DNA from: Betaproteobacteria bacterium
GTDB taxonomy: Bacteria; Pseudomonadota; Gammaproteobacteria; Burkholderiales; SG8-41
Length of the DNA: 44,657 nt
Assembly: GCA_016202615.1 (NCBI GenBank)
Contig: JACQOI010000216.1
Coordinates: 1 to 44,657, forward strand
Reading direction: 5' to 3'
Shown piece after piece: positions 17,258 through 25,906 of this stretch. The notes beneath the pieces are model-generated. The model saw only the letters and a list, made by a program, of their open reading frames with translations, had not been told where the DNA came from and did no database searches. Within the stretch, counting starts at the first letter, position 1, and every line of letters begins with the position of its first letter. Both the position numbers and the translations under genes were made by a program.

Positions 17258-18231
17258 GCTTTCCTCGCGAGGATCGCGATCATGTCGTTGCCGAGCCCGA
17301 GCGCATCGAACTTCGACAGCAACCGCTGCATTTGCCGTGCTTCCCTGACGCCGAGGCCGGCGCCGAATGCGCCGCGCAGCGGAGCGCATGCGTCCGCCGC
17401 GGCAACGAACATCTCGGGATACGAAAACGTTTCGAACCTGACCAGCGCGAGCCCGAACCTGTCCACGTAGTTGAGAATGTCCTGCTTGCGGAAATGGTAC
17501 AGGTGAATCGGCACCTCCACGCAGTCCTTCGCGATGCGGTAGAGCAGACCGTCGTAATTCGGCGCCGCGATAACCGCCTTGCCGCCGTCCGCAAGGTGCG
17601 CGGCGATGAAGCCGAAATAGGCGCTGGGCGCATGCACGTGTTCGAGCGACCAGTTCATCCGGATGACGTCAAAGCGCTCCGCGGCCGGAATGTCATCGAT
17701 GCTGCGAAAGGCCTGGATGCCGCTGTCGCCAAGCACCCGCCGCGCTTCGTCGTCGACTTCGACGCCGCACACCGCCGCGATGCGCCGGTAATACAGCAAC
17801 GATCCGCGGTAACCCCAGAAATGCGCCGATACGCCCGCGCCGCAGCCGATGTCGAGGATCCTGCGCTGCCCGCCCGGCGCAAGATGGCGCAGCACCGGAT
17901 CGGCGATGCGCGGTTTCACGCGTGCACCGAGCTTGCGGTTGAGGTACGGGACGCAGCAGAACAGCCAGTGCAACGGGCTGTTGGCGACAGCATCGAGAAT
18001 ATCGGCAGCCAGGAGCTTGAAGCGCGACGGCGCCGCGTGGAAGCTGTATTGCTCGGCGTAGTAACGGCCGATTTCGCCGCGCGTCGGGCGCGGATTCAGA
18101 TAGTGCAGCCCGCACCCGTTGCAGCTTACGATCGTGAATACCTCGTCGGTGGTACGGTGGAGAATGTCCGTCTGCCGCGTGACCGCGTTATATTCGCGTT
18201 TGCCGCAGAAGTCGCAGCTTACCTCTTCCAT
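17254..18231 (-). CDS. Class I SAM-dependent methyltransferase with N-terminal Cys4 zinc-ribbon, 325 aa
   Basis: The track start at 18246 is a TTG. The ATG at 18231 (MEEVSCDFCGKRE...VSCNGCGLHYL) lies 7 nt after the upstream stop. SAM loop ILDIGCGAGV. Same architecture as the 1202-2083 product. Confidence 0.8.
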   Translation of the reverse strand: MEEVSCDFCGKREYNAVTRQTDILHRTTDEVFTIVSCNGCGLHYLNPRPTRGEIGRYYAEQYSFHAAPSRFKLLAADILDAVANSPLHWLFCCVPYLNRKLGARVKPRIADPVLRHLAPGGQRRILDIGCGAGVSAHFWGYRGSLLYYRRIAAVCGVEVDDEARRVLGDSGIQAFRSIDDIPAAERFDVIRMNWSLEHVHAPSAYFGFIAAHLADGGKAVIAAPNYDGLLYRIAKDCVEVPIHLYHFRKQDILNYVDRFGLALVRFETFSYPEMFVAAADACAPLRGAFGAGLGVREARQMQRLLSKFDALGLGNDMIAILARKA

Positions 18232-18238
18232 CGGCCGC

Positions 18239-19150
18239 TCACGCAAACGCCCTCCGCAATGGGGCGAGCAGGTTCAGCAGCACCGCCGCGTGCATGCGCA
18301 GGATAAACGGCGATTCGCGATACGCGCGCGCGAACCAGCGCCATGCCTCGCGGTAGTCACCGGCTGTCTGAAACCCGCGCGCGGTTCCGTAGTAGGCAAG
18401 TGCACGCCGGCGGCGGATGCGCAGACGCGTGATCCAGTCCAGCGCCGCGAGTGCGGCAAAGTGGCTTTCGATCACCGCGATCTCGGCTTCCAGATGCCGC
18501 AGCAGCGCCTTGCTGGCGTTCGCGCCGTGGATCCGGTATTCGCCGAGGATTTCGCGCACGAATCCGATGCGCGCGCCGGCGCGGGAGAGTCTCAGCCATA
18601 GATCGTAATCCTCGACCGTGACAAACCGCGCGTCCTCGTTGAAGCCGCCGGCCTGCCGCAGTACCGTTTTTTTCACAACCACCGCTGAAGTCGATATGCA
18701 GTTGCCGTTGAACAATAGCGAGCGGTAGGCGGCGCGCGCCTCCGGGCCGTAGAACATATTGCGCGCTGGTGCGCCGTCCGTGGTCCAAGCCTCACCGTGG
18801 CACACGAGGTCGTAGCCCTCCTCCAGCCGTGCGAGGCAGCATTCGAGTTTGCGTGGATACCAGACGTCGTCGGAATCGAGGAACGCGACGAGCTCGGCTC
18901 GCGCGAGCTGCACGCCATGATTGCGCGACGCTGCGATGATGCCGTGATTGCGGAAGTTCACCAACTGGATGCGCGGGTCATCGAACGCCGCGACGATTTC
19001 GGCGGTGTTGTCCTGCGAGTAGTTGTTGACGACGATGGCTTCCCACCCGGCGCAGGTCTGTGCCAGCACCGACCGCAGCGCCTGTCCGAGAAACTGCGCG
19101 TGATTGTAGGTCGGTATCACTACCGACACGGCGGGCGGCGGGCTCGGCAT
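18239..19150 (-). CDS. Family 2 glycosyltransferase, 303 aa
   Basis: Trimmed to the ATG at 19150-19148 (MPSPPPAVSVVIPTYNHAQFLGQAL), a 1-nt TAATG overlap with the upstream stop. GT2 motifs NNYSQDNT and FLDSDD. Confidence 0.85.
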   Translation of the reverse strand: MPSPPPAVSVVIPTYNHAQFLGQALRSVLAQTCAGWEAIVVNNYSQDNTAEIVAAFDDPRIQLVNFRNHGIIAASRNHGVQLARAELVAFLDSDDVWYPRKLECCLARLEEGYDLVCHGEAWTTDGAPARNMFYGPEARAAYRSLLFNGNCISTSAVVVKKTVLRQAGGFNEDARFVTVEDYDLWLRLSRAGARIGFVREILGEYRIHGANASKALLRHLEAEIAVIESHFAALAALDWITRLRIRRRRALAYYGTARGFQTAGDYREAWRWFARAYRESPFILRMHAAVLLNLLAPLRRAFA

Positions 19151-20112
19151 TACGGCGCGGCTCCGAACGCCTCCTTGCACAGCCGCAGCGTGGCGTCGAT
19201 CTCTGCGTCCATGCCGCCGCGCAACTCGAACCCGGTCTGTTTGAGCTTGTCGATCCGGTAATCAAGCGTCGAGCCGGTTTCATCCGCCGCGGGTTGCGGC
19301 CGCCGGACCGCCGGCCGGAAACCCAGCGTAACTTCGCACCGGTTGGCAATCCGCCCGGTGAGCTCGATCACCGACAGCGCTCGCTCGCCGCCGAGATTGA
19401 ACAAACCGTCGCCGCACGCGGCAACGGGCAGGTGCAGCAGATGATCGACCGCGCGGCCGGCATCGGCGAGCGTAATGAAATCACGCTGCTGCACGCCGCT
19501 CGAGTGCAACACGAGCTGCTTCTGCGTCACTGCTTGCCGGCACAGGTCGTTGACGATCAGCGTCCAGCGGTGGACGCCGGCGTGTGCCGGCGCGCCGAAC
19601 CCGTTCGACATGCGCAGCACTATGCCGGTAAGCGCGCGCTGATCGTGGGCGGCAAGCACAAAGTCCTCGGCCACATGGTGCGTGATCGCGTACGGATGGA
19701 CCGGCCGCGGAACGCTGCGCTCGTCGATGCGACCGGCGAGCGGCGCGCCGTAAACATGCGCGGTCGAAAAGTAGATGAAGCGCTCGACCCTCGCGCGTTG
19801 CGCCGCATGCAGCAATTTGAGCGTGCCGAGACTGTTGACCAGCAATGCACGCTGCGGGTCGGCGGCGCAGTCGTGCTCGTTCAGCGCGACCAGGTGGACG
19901 ATGCCGGTTACCCCATCGCAAGCTTTGTCGAGATCGGCGTCACGGGTTACGTCCATGGTGACGATTTCCGCTGCGCGCAGCCACGGCGGCGGCGTGTGCC
20001 CCGCGGCGCGGGTCGCAAGGCGCAGGCGGTGCTGACCGCATTGCGCGAGGGCCTGAGCGATGCGCCCGCCGACGTAGCCCAGGCCGCCGGTGATCAGGAC
20101 CGCATCCGTCAT
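19150..20112 (-). CDS. NAD-dependent epimerase/dehydratase-family SDR (probable CDP-4-keto-6-deoxyhexose reductase/epimerase), 320 aa
   Basis: VLITGGLGYVGGRIA Rossmann motif and YAITHHVAE (YxxxH/K region). ATGA overlap with the cupin gene at 20109-20112. Confidence 0.75.
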   Translation of the reverse strand: MTDAVLITGGLGYVGGRIAQALAQCGQHRLRLATRAAGHTPPPWLRAAEIVTMDVTRDADLDKACDGVTGIVHLVALNEHDCAADPQRALLVNSLGTLKLLHAAQRARVERFIYFSTAHVYGAPLAGRIDERSVPRPVHPYAITHHVAEDFVLAAHDQRALTGIVLRMSNGFGAPAHAGVHRWTLIVNDLCRQAVTQKQLVLHSSGVQQRDFITLADAGRAVDHLLHLPVAACGDGLFNLGGERALSVIELTGRIANRCEVTLGFRPAVRRPQPAADETGSTLDYRIDKLKQTGFELRGGMDAEIDATLRLCKEAFGAAP

Positions 20113-20558
20113 CGATGCTTGAGCTGCCAGTCGTACGGGATCGACGGGTCGAACGGATCGCGGCGGCTGGTTTCCTGCGGGTCGTGCGGGAGCGACGCGC
20201 AGTTGGCCACTATCGCCATTTCGGAGCCGATGCCTTTGAATCCGTTCCAGACCAGCGGCGGCACGGTGACGAGGCAGTAATTGTCAGGCCCCATGAAAAT
20301 CTCCTGCACTTCGCCGCGGGTGGGGCTGTCCGGACGGTCGTCATAAAGCACGAACTTGATATGGCCGTACGGGACCGCGTAATTCAGCGTCATGCGCCGG
20401 TGCACGTGCCAGCCTTTGATGGCATCGGGATAGACGCAGGAGAAGTAGATCTCGCCGAATTCGCTGAACTGCTCGTCGTTCCGGCTCAGCATGCGCATGA
20501 CCTTGCCGCGCTCGTCGTGGAATTGACGCAGCGGCGTCACCTTGACCCCGTGTATCAT
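20109..20558 (-). CDS. Small RmlC-like cupin (sugar-nucleotide 3,5- or 5-epimerase/isomerase-like), 149 aa
   Basis: Trimmed to the ATG at 20558-20556 (MIHGVKVTPLRQFHDERGKVMRM), 1 nt after the rfbG stop and preceded by GGAG. Cupin motifs GEIYFSCVYPDAIKGWHVH and VPPLVWNGF. Confidence 0.7.
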   Translation of the reverse strand: MIHGVKVTPLRQFHDERGKVMRMLSRNDEQFSEFGEIYFSCVYPDAIKGWHVHRRMTLNYAVPYGHIKFVLYDDRPDSPTRGEVQEIFMGPDNYCLVTVPPLVWNGFKGIGSEMAIVANCASLPHDPQETSRRDPFDPSIPYDWQLKHR

Positions 20559-20559
20559 G

Positions 20560-21636
20560 TCAGCTCTCCATGTACTGTTCGATCTGACGGCTCGTGACCT
20601 GACGCGCCGCCATTCCGTTGGTGACATCACGGTACCATTGCACCGTGATGTCGACCGTGCGGTCGAAGTCCCAGCGCGGAGCCCATCCCAGCACCTGGAT
20701 GGCCTTGTCGCAGTTCAATTGCAGCAAGCGGGCTTCGTGCGGAGTGGGCTGCTGCTGTGCGATTTCCACTTTCCCATCGCCCCAGCACTCGACGATCCGC
20801 TGAGCCAGGTCCCGCACGGTGCGTATCGATTCGACGCGCGGGCCGAAATTCCACGATCCGGAGTAGCCGCGCGGGTCGGCGTAAAGCTTGCTGGCCAGCG
20901 ACAGATAGCCTGAAAGCGGCTCCAACACGTGCTGCCAGGGGCGCGTCGAGAGCGGATTGCGCAACAGGATGGGCTGACGTTGCTGCAGCGATTTGATGCT
21001 ATCGGGCACGATGCGGTCCGCCGCCCAGTCGCCGCCGCCGATCACGTTACCGGCCCTGACGCTTGCGATCCCGAGGCCCTGACGCTGGGCGAAATAGGAG
21101 TCGGCATAGGCCGAGAATATCAGCTCGGCTGCGGCCTTCGACGCGCTGTATGGGTCGCGTCCGCCGAGCTCGTCGTTTTCGCGGTAGCCCCACAACCACT
21201 CCTTGTTCCGGTAGCACTTGTCGGACGTCACGTAAATGGCGGCCCGCAGCGACGGTGTCGTGCGCACGCATTCGAGGACGTTGACCGAGCCCGCGACGTT
21301 GGTGTCGAACGTGAGCTTGGGTTCTTCGTACGAGTAGCGTACCAGCGATTGCGCGGCCAGATGAAACAGAAATTCCGGCTGGAATTGCTCGAATGCGCTC
21401 CGCAGCGCCGGCAAATCCCGGATATCGCCTTCGATGTGGCGTATGACCTGGTCAAGCTGCAGCAGATTGAAGTGATCGTTGTCCCGTTTCGGCGGCAGCG
21501 CGAAGCCGACCACGTCGGCGCCGAGCTGACGCAGCCAGACGCAAAGCCACGATCCTTTGAAGCCGGTATCTCCGGTGACGAGGACGCGCTTGCCCTTGAA
21601 AATGGAAAGCCGCTGGTGCATTACCATACGATCCAT
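20560..21636 (-). CDS. rfbG: CDP-glucose 4,6-dehydratase
   Basis: KGKRVLVTGDTGFKGSWLCVWL is the RfbG N-terminal signature; also SDKCYRN and YSASKAAAE. Three in-frame ATGs (21636, 21627, 21621); the last gives a 1-nt TAATG overlap with the rfbF stop, so the true start may be 21621. Confidence 0.9.
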   Translation of the reverse strand: MDRMVMHQRLSIFKGKRVLVTGDTGFKGSWLCVWLRQLGADVVGFALPPKRDNDHFNLLQLDQVIRHIEGDIRDLPALRSAFEQFQPEFLFHLAAQSLVRYSYEEPKLTFDTNVAGSVNVLECVRTTPSLRAAIYVTSDKCYRNKEWLWGYRENDELGGRDPYSASKAAAELIFSAYADSYFAQRQGLGIASVRAGNVIGGGDWAADRIVPDSIKSLQQRQPILLRNPLSTRPWQHVLEPLSGYLSLASKLYADPRGYSGSWNFGPRVESIRTVRDLAQRIVECWGDGKVEIAQQQPTPHEARLLQLNCDKAIQVLGWAPRWDFDRTVDITVQWYRDVTNGMAARQVTSRQIEQYMES

Positions 21637-22421
21637 GGCGCGCGCTTTTCCTCGGCCAGGCGATTGAGCAGCATGTAATCGCGGTAAGTATCCATCGGCT
21701 GCCAGAACCCGTCGTGCTCGTACACCATCATCTGGCGGTCGGCGACGAGCCGGCGCATGGGTTCCTGTTCGAATACGAGGTCCTCGCGATCATCGAGGTA
21801 GTGGAACAGTTCCTTGCGGCAGACGAAAAATCCGCCGGAAATCCGGCCCGCCGTGGCTTGCGGCTTCTCGTTGAATTCCGTTACCACGCCGTTGTCATCG
21901 CTCATGAGTTCGCCAAAGCGTCCCGGCGGCCGCACCCCTGTTACGGTCAATATTTTTCCGTGTGATTTATGGAATTGCATGAGCTTCTTGAGATCGACAT
22001 CTCCGACACCGTCGCCATAGGTGAGCATGAAATTGTCCTGGTCGGCGACGTACTTCTGGACGCGCTTGACGCGGGCACCGGTCATGGCATCGACACCGGT
22101 GTCGGCAAGCGTTACCTGCCAATCCGCTTCCGAGTGTGCGCTGTGATACTCGATCGAGCGCGCCGCGCTGAGATGGAGCGTGAAATCCCTGGTGTGTGCT
22201 TCATAATTAAGAAAGAAATCCTTGATGGCCTGACCTTTGTAGCCCAGGCACAGCACGAAATCCGACTGTCCCCAGTGCGCGTAGTATTTCATGACGTGCC
22301 ACAGGATCGGCAGGCCTCCGACCGGAATCATCGGCTTGGGGATATCGTCGGCGACATCACGAATTCTCGTTCCGTAACCGCCACACAGGATCACGACTTT
22401 CAATTGATTACCTCTGCTCAC
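21621..22421 (-). CDS. rfbF: Glucose-1-phosphate cytidylyltransferase
   Basis: KVVILCGGYGTRIRDVADDIPKPMIPVGGLPILWHVMKYYAHWG and FFLNY...TLADTG are RfbF-typical. The start codon is GTG (22421-22419) and overlaps the upstream TGA (GTGA). Confidence 0.9.
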   Translation of the reverse strand: MSRGNQLKVVILCGGYGTRIRDVADDIPKPMIPVGGLPILWHVMKYYAHWGQSDFVLCLGYKGQAIKDFFLNYEAHTRDFTLHLSAARSIEYHSAHSEADWQVTLADTGVDAMTGARVKRVQKYVADQDNFMLTYGDGVGDVDLKKLMQFHKSHGKILTVTGVRPPGRFGELMSDDNGVVTEFNEKPQATAGRISGGFFVCRKELFHYLDDREDLVFEQEPMRRLVADRQMMVYEHDGFWQPMDTYRDYMLLNRLAEEKRAPWIVW

Positions 22422-23653
22422 GTGCTCAACACTCTGCGATAAAGCGACAGATAACCCGCGACCGCCGCATCCGCGGTAAAGCGCTCGCTGAATCGGCGGC
22501 GCGCATTGCGGCCCAGCTGCTCGCGTAGCGCCGCATCCGCGGCAAGTTCGCGCATCGCTTCGGCCAGTCCCGCGCTGTCGCGCGGCTCGACCAGCAGCCC
22601 GCTTTCCCTGTGCCCGATCTGCTCCGGGATACCCGCGAGACGGCTCGCGATTACCGGCTTACCGAGGCTCATCGCCTCCAGCACGACGTTCGGAAAATCC
22701 TCATGTGACACCGAAGGCAGCGCGATCGCATCGACGGCGTTCAGCAGATTGAAAATGTTGGGCTCGCTGCCGATCAGCCTGACATCGTCGCCAAGGCCGT
22801 GTCTTGCGACATAATCGTTGACCGCGCGCACCTCGCTGCCCGTCCCTTCGATAATTATAAAGGGTAGCGCGCCGCCCTGGCCGTGCTTTTTCAGGCGCCT
22901 TACCGCATCGAGCAGAACCAGGTGCCCTTTGCGCTCCTCGATTATGGCGACCACGCCGATCAGCACGCGGCCAGCGGGAATACCGAGCCGGCGCGATGTT
23001 TGGCCGCGATCTTCAGTGACCGGGCGCGGCGCGATGCCGTTGTGAATGTTGATGACCTTGGAAAGCGGCAGTCGCAGCACTTTTTGCAGTTCCGTTCCGG
23101 CGTGGCGGGATGCGGTCACGAATATCGATACGGTCGCCGCCACCAGGCGGTCGAAGGGGTAATCCAGCCAGCGTTGCACGCTGCAATAAGGGATCGCGAC
23201 GTTATTTGCGACATAAACGATGCGGCGTATCCCGCGCAGCCGCGCGGCAAACACGGCGGCCATGCAAGAGTAAGCGCCGGGATAATTGCCGTTGTTGACG
23301 TGCAGCAGGTCCGGGTTGCCGATGGTGCGATAGAGCAGCCAGGTATTCCACAGCACAAACCAGTAGCGAAACAGCAAGACCCGCGCCGTGAGGCGTAGCA
23401 GCCATCCCAGCGGCGCCGGCAACCGTTGCACGCGGGCGTCGAGTTCGGCGACGTCTTTGAGCCCGAGCGGACGCACGTCGAAATCGCGGGCCACGCGGCT
23501 GCGGAACCCGGCATCGTAGGCCGCGGATTGGCGATAGGTGAAGCTCACCTCGAACTCCCGCATCAGCCGGTCGTCGTGAAAGAAGTTGACCAGCATGTTC
23601 TCGCAGCCCGCGAAATACGGACAGTCGGAGTGAAAATGAACGCGCGGGCGCAT
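22418..23653 (-). CDS. Family 4 (GT-B, Glycos_transf_1) glycosyltransferase, 411 aa
   Basis: C-terminal EDFPNVVLEAMSLGKPVIASRLAGIPEQIGHRESGLLVEP is the E-x7-E GT4 signature. ATG 23653-23651. Confidence 0.85.
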   Translation of the reverse strand: MRPRVHFHSDCPYFAGCENMLVNFFHDDRLMREFEVSFTYRQSAAYDAGFRSRVARDFDVRPLGLKDVAELDARVQRLPAPLGWLLRLTARVLLFRYWFVLWNTWLLYRTIGNPDLLHVNNGNYPGAYSCMAAVFAARLRGIRRIVYVANNVAIPYCSVQRWLDYPFDRLVAATVSIFVTASRHAGTELQKVLRLPLSKVINIHNGIAPRPVTEDRGQTSRRLGIPAGRVLIGVVAIIEERKGHLVLLDAVRRLKKHGQGGALPFIIIEGTGSEVRAVNDYVARHGLGDDVRLIGSEPNIFNLLNAVDAIALPSVSHEDFPNVVLEAMSLGKPVIASRLAGIPEQIGHRESGLLVEPRDSAGLAEAMRELAADAALREQLGRNARRRFSERFTADAAVAGYLSLYRRVLST

Positions 23654-23659
23654 CGAACG

Positions 23660-24598
23660 CTACTTGAGGTTTCGATAGTGGGCGATGGTTTCCGTCAGGC
23701 CCCGTTCGAGCGTGATCCGCGGCGCCCAGCCGAGCATGGAGCGCGCCTTCGCGGTATCCACGCTATAAGCCATCACTTCGCCCTGTCGGTACGGAAGCTT
23801 GCCCAACTGCAGCAGTCCCGGTTTGCCGGTCATGGCGGCGACTTTGTGCGCGAGCGCCGCGATGGTCACCGGTTGTCCGCCGCCGATATTCAGTATCTGC
23901 CCTGCGACGCCGGCGCGCGTCGCGGCCAGCAGCATTGCGTCAACCACATCGGACACGAACACAAAGTCACGGGTCTGCTCGCCCGCGGTCATCGGAAACG
24001 GCGTATCGCCGAGCAGCGACTGGATCAAGGCGGGCAGGAACATATCCGTGCTCTGCCCGGGGCCGTACGCGATCGTCGGGCGCAGTACCACGGCGGGAAG
24101 CCCGTGCAGATGGTGCAGGACCTCGCAGAGATGAGTCAGGGATTGCTTGGAATAGGAATAGGCGCTCACCGGGAACTCGCGCATCGATTCGCGGAAGGGG
24201 ACCGGGTTGCTCCCGTACTCCTCGGCAGTCCCTACGACTACCATTGCGCTCAAGGTCTGAAGCCTGGCTGCCGCAGCGAGTAGATAGAGGGACCCGAGCA
24301 CGTTGGTTTCCATGGCGGGCATGAAATCCTCGATCCGCGCCGAACGCTGCTTGAATGTGGCGAGGTGGAAGATCACGTCGGGCGCAGTTTCGCGCACCGT
24401 CTTTCCCACGAACGCGGCGTCCTTCAGATCGCCGATATGCTGGAGCGCCCCGGCCTGGACGGAAGCGCCGCCGCGGCTCAGCACCGCTACTCGCGCGCCG
24501 CCGGCGGTGAGGGCGGCGATGAGATGCCGCCCGATGAAACCGGTGCCTCCGGTCACCAGGACTTTTGCCCCGTTGAGGTCTCGAGGGTTCGTATTCAC
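23660..24598 (-). CDS. NAD-dependent epimerase/dehydratase-family SDR, 312 aa
   Basis: Trimmed to the GTG at 24598-24596 (VNTNPRDLNGAKVLVTGGTGFIGRH), which overlaps the upstream TGA (GTGA). YSYSKQSL catalytic motif. Confidence 0.8.
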   Translation of the reverse strand: MNTNPRDLNGAKVLVTGGTGFIGRHLIAALTAGGARVAVLSRGGASVQAGALQHIGDLKDAAFVGKTVRETAPDVIFHLATFKQRSARIEDFMPAMETNVLGSLYLLAAAARLQTLSAMVVVGTAEEYGSNPVPFRESMREFPVSAYSYSKQSLTHLCEVLHHLHGLPAVVLRPTIAYGPGQSTDMFLPALIQSLLGDTPFPMTAGEQTRDFVFVSDVVDAMLLAATRAGVAGQILNIGGGQPVTIAALAHKVAAMTGKPGLLQLGKLPYRQGEVMAYSVDTAKARSMLGWAPRITLERGLTETIAHYRNLK

Positions 24599-25326
24599 GG
24601 CGGCAGGCTCTTGGTTTCGTCCTTGTACGCGAGCACCGCAGTGTCGAGAAAAACATTGCGGTCGTCCGGCAGCAGCTTTTGGGCGGCCAATCCGAGAATC
24701 TGTATCGGCGCGCATACGCAGGCCGTTACCACTCTGCCGAATCCGCGCACCGGCAGGCGCAGATTATTGAAGACGTAGATCGAGCACGTCTGGGCCAGCG
24801 TTTCCACGCTGCCGCTGGTCTTGTGCATTGCCCGAATGCCGAAACCGCTGCGGTCGAGCAAGTGCCGCAGCCCGTGTTCAGTAAAGCGGAAGTAGTCGTA
24901 GGGCTTCTCATGCTCTTCCCACAGGAACGGAGCGGTCATGACCAGGCTGCCTCCGGGCTTCAGCACGCGCCAGATTTCGCCGAGCAGATTTTCGGGGCGG
25001 GCGGTGTGCTCGAGGACCTGCGTGCACAGCACGCCGTCGACCGTCCCCGACTGGATTGGCAGGCGGTCGCCGTCGAACAGCAGGTCATGCCGCTTGGAAA
25101 CAGGGGGGTGGCCGCTGACAAGCACGTCGAGGCCGATGTAACGCTCGACATCGAACATCGGTTCGTAGGGCCGTGCGCCGCAGCCCAAGTCGAGCCAGGT
25201 ACCCTGGCCGGCGAGCGCGAGCCGCTCGACCAGTTCCCCGACCGCCTGCCGCAAGCGCCGCCTCGCAATGAACGCGGGGTCGACGAAGACCTGCCACCAG
25301 CGTATCTGGCCCGAATCCTGGGTCAA
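24595..25326 (-). CDS. Class I SAM-dependent methyltransferase, 243 aa
   Basis: WLDLGCGARPY SAM loop, VLCTQVLEH and LKPGGSLVMTAP. The start codon at 25326 is TTG and there is no nearby in-frame ATG, so the start is uncertain. Confidence 0.7.
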   Translation of the reverse strand: MTQDSGQIRWWQVFVDPAFIARRRLRQAVGELVERLALAGQGTWLDLGCGARPYEPMFDVERYIGLDVLVSGHPPVSKRHDLLFDGDRLPIQSGTVDGVLCTQVLEHTARPENLLGEIWRVLKPGGSLVMTAPFLWEEHEKPYDYFRFTEHGLRHLLDRSGFGIRAMHKTSGSVETLAQTCSIYVFNNLRLPVRGFGRVVTACVCAPIQILGLAAQKLLPDDRNVFLDTAVLAYKDETKSLPP

Positions 25327-25345
25327 CTGGGTCCACCCGGCGCAT

Positions 25346-25891
25346 TCATCGCTTGATCGTCCGCAAATAGAACGACAGATCGTCCAACGGATACAAATGG
25401 CTCAGATACGCCTCGTAGTGGCCCGGCCAGCGGTTGGCAAGGCGCTTTACGCAAGCCGTGAGCAGTCCCCTTTCGATGGTTTCGTTGAAAACCACGCGCT
25501 CGGTGCGAAAGCGCGCCATCGAATAATTGTAAAGCCGGCTGTTCATGTGATCGGGGTCGAAATACGTGAACGAGTCCATGGTGAAGTAATGGCGATGCGT
25601 CGGATCGATGAATGCCCATTTGGACCGGAAATAAGGAACGATCACCTTGACCAGCGCGCCGGGCCTGCTGATGCGATGCAGCTCTTCCATGACGCGCACC
25701 GGCTCCGCCAGATGCTCGATGACGTTATCGGCGTAGATCTCATCGAACGTAGCGTCCTCGAAGGGATAGGGGAAGCAATTGAGGTCGTGTACGACATCGG
25801 CCGCGGTTCGCGGGTTGCTGTCTATCCCCACGGCGTCCGGGCGTTTACGATTCCCGCATCCAACGTCGAGAACAGCCGGTTTGGCGTCCAT
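25346..25891 (-). CDS. Class I SAM-dependent methyltransferase (Methyltransf_11-like), 181 aa
   Basis: MDAKPAVLDVGCGNRKRP SAM loop, IYADNVIEHL and SRPGALVKVIVP. ATG 25891-25889. Confidence 0.75.
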   Translation of the reverse strand: MDAKPAVLDVGCGNRKRPDAVGIDSNPRTAADVVHDLNCFPYPFEDATFDEIYADNVIEHLAEPVRVMEELHRISRPGALVKVIVPYFRSKWAFIDPTHRHYFTMDSFTYFDPDHMNSRLYNYSMARFRTERVVFNETIERGLLTACVKRLANRWPGHYEAYLSHLYPLDDLSFYLRTIKR

Positions 25892-25906
25892 GTCGCGAGA
25901 CCGCGG

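Noticed and set aside
17233-18306. 357-aa plus-strand ORF antisense to the Zn-ribbon methyltransferase gene. The same pattern appears at 19060-20280 (406 aa), 20929-21678, 23426-24283, 25268-26119, 3705-4580 and 6293-7486.
   Set aside because: These are mirror-frame ORFs, which are expected in high-G+C DNA where antisense frames lack stop codons. Their products are Arg/Ala/Gly/Asp-rich with no recognisable motif. The opposite strand carries clear family signatures and coupled starts.
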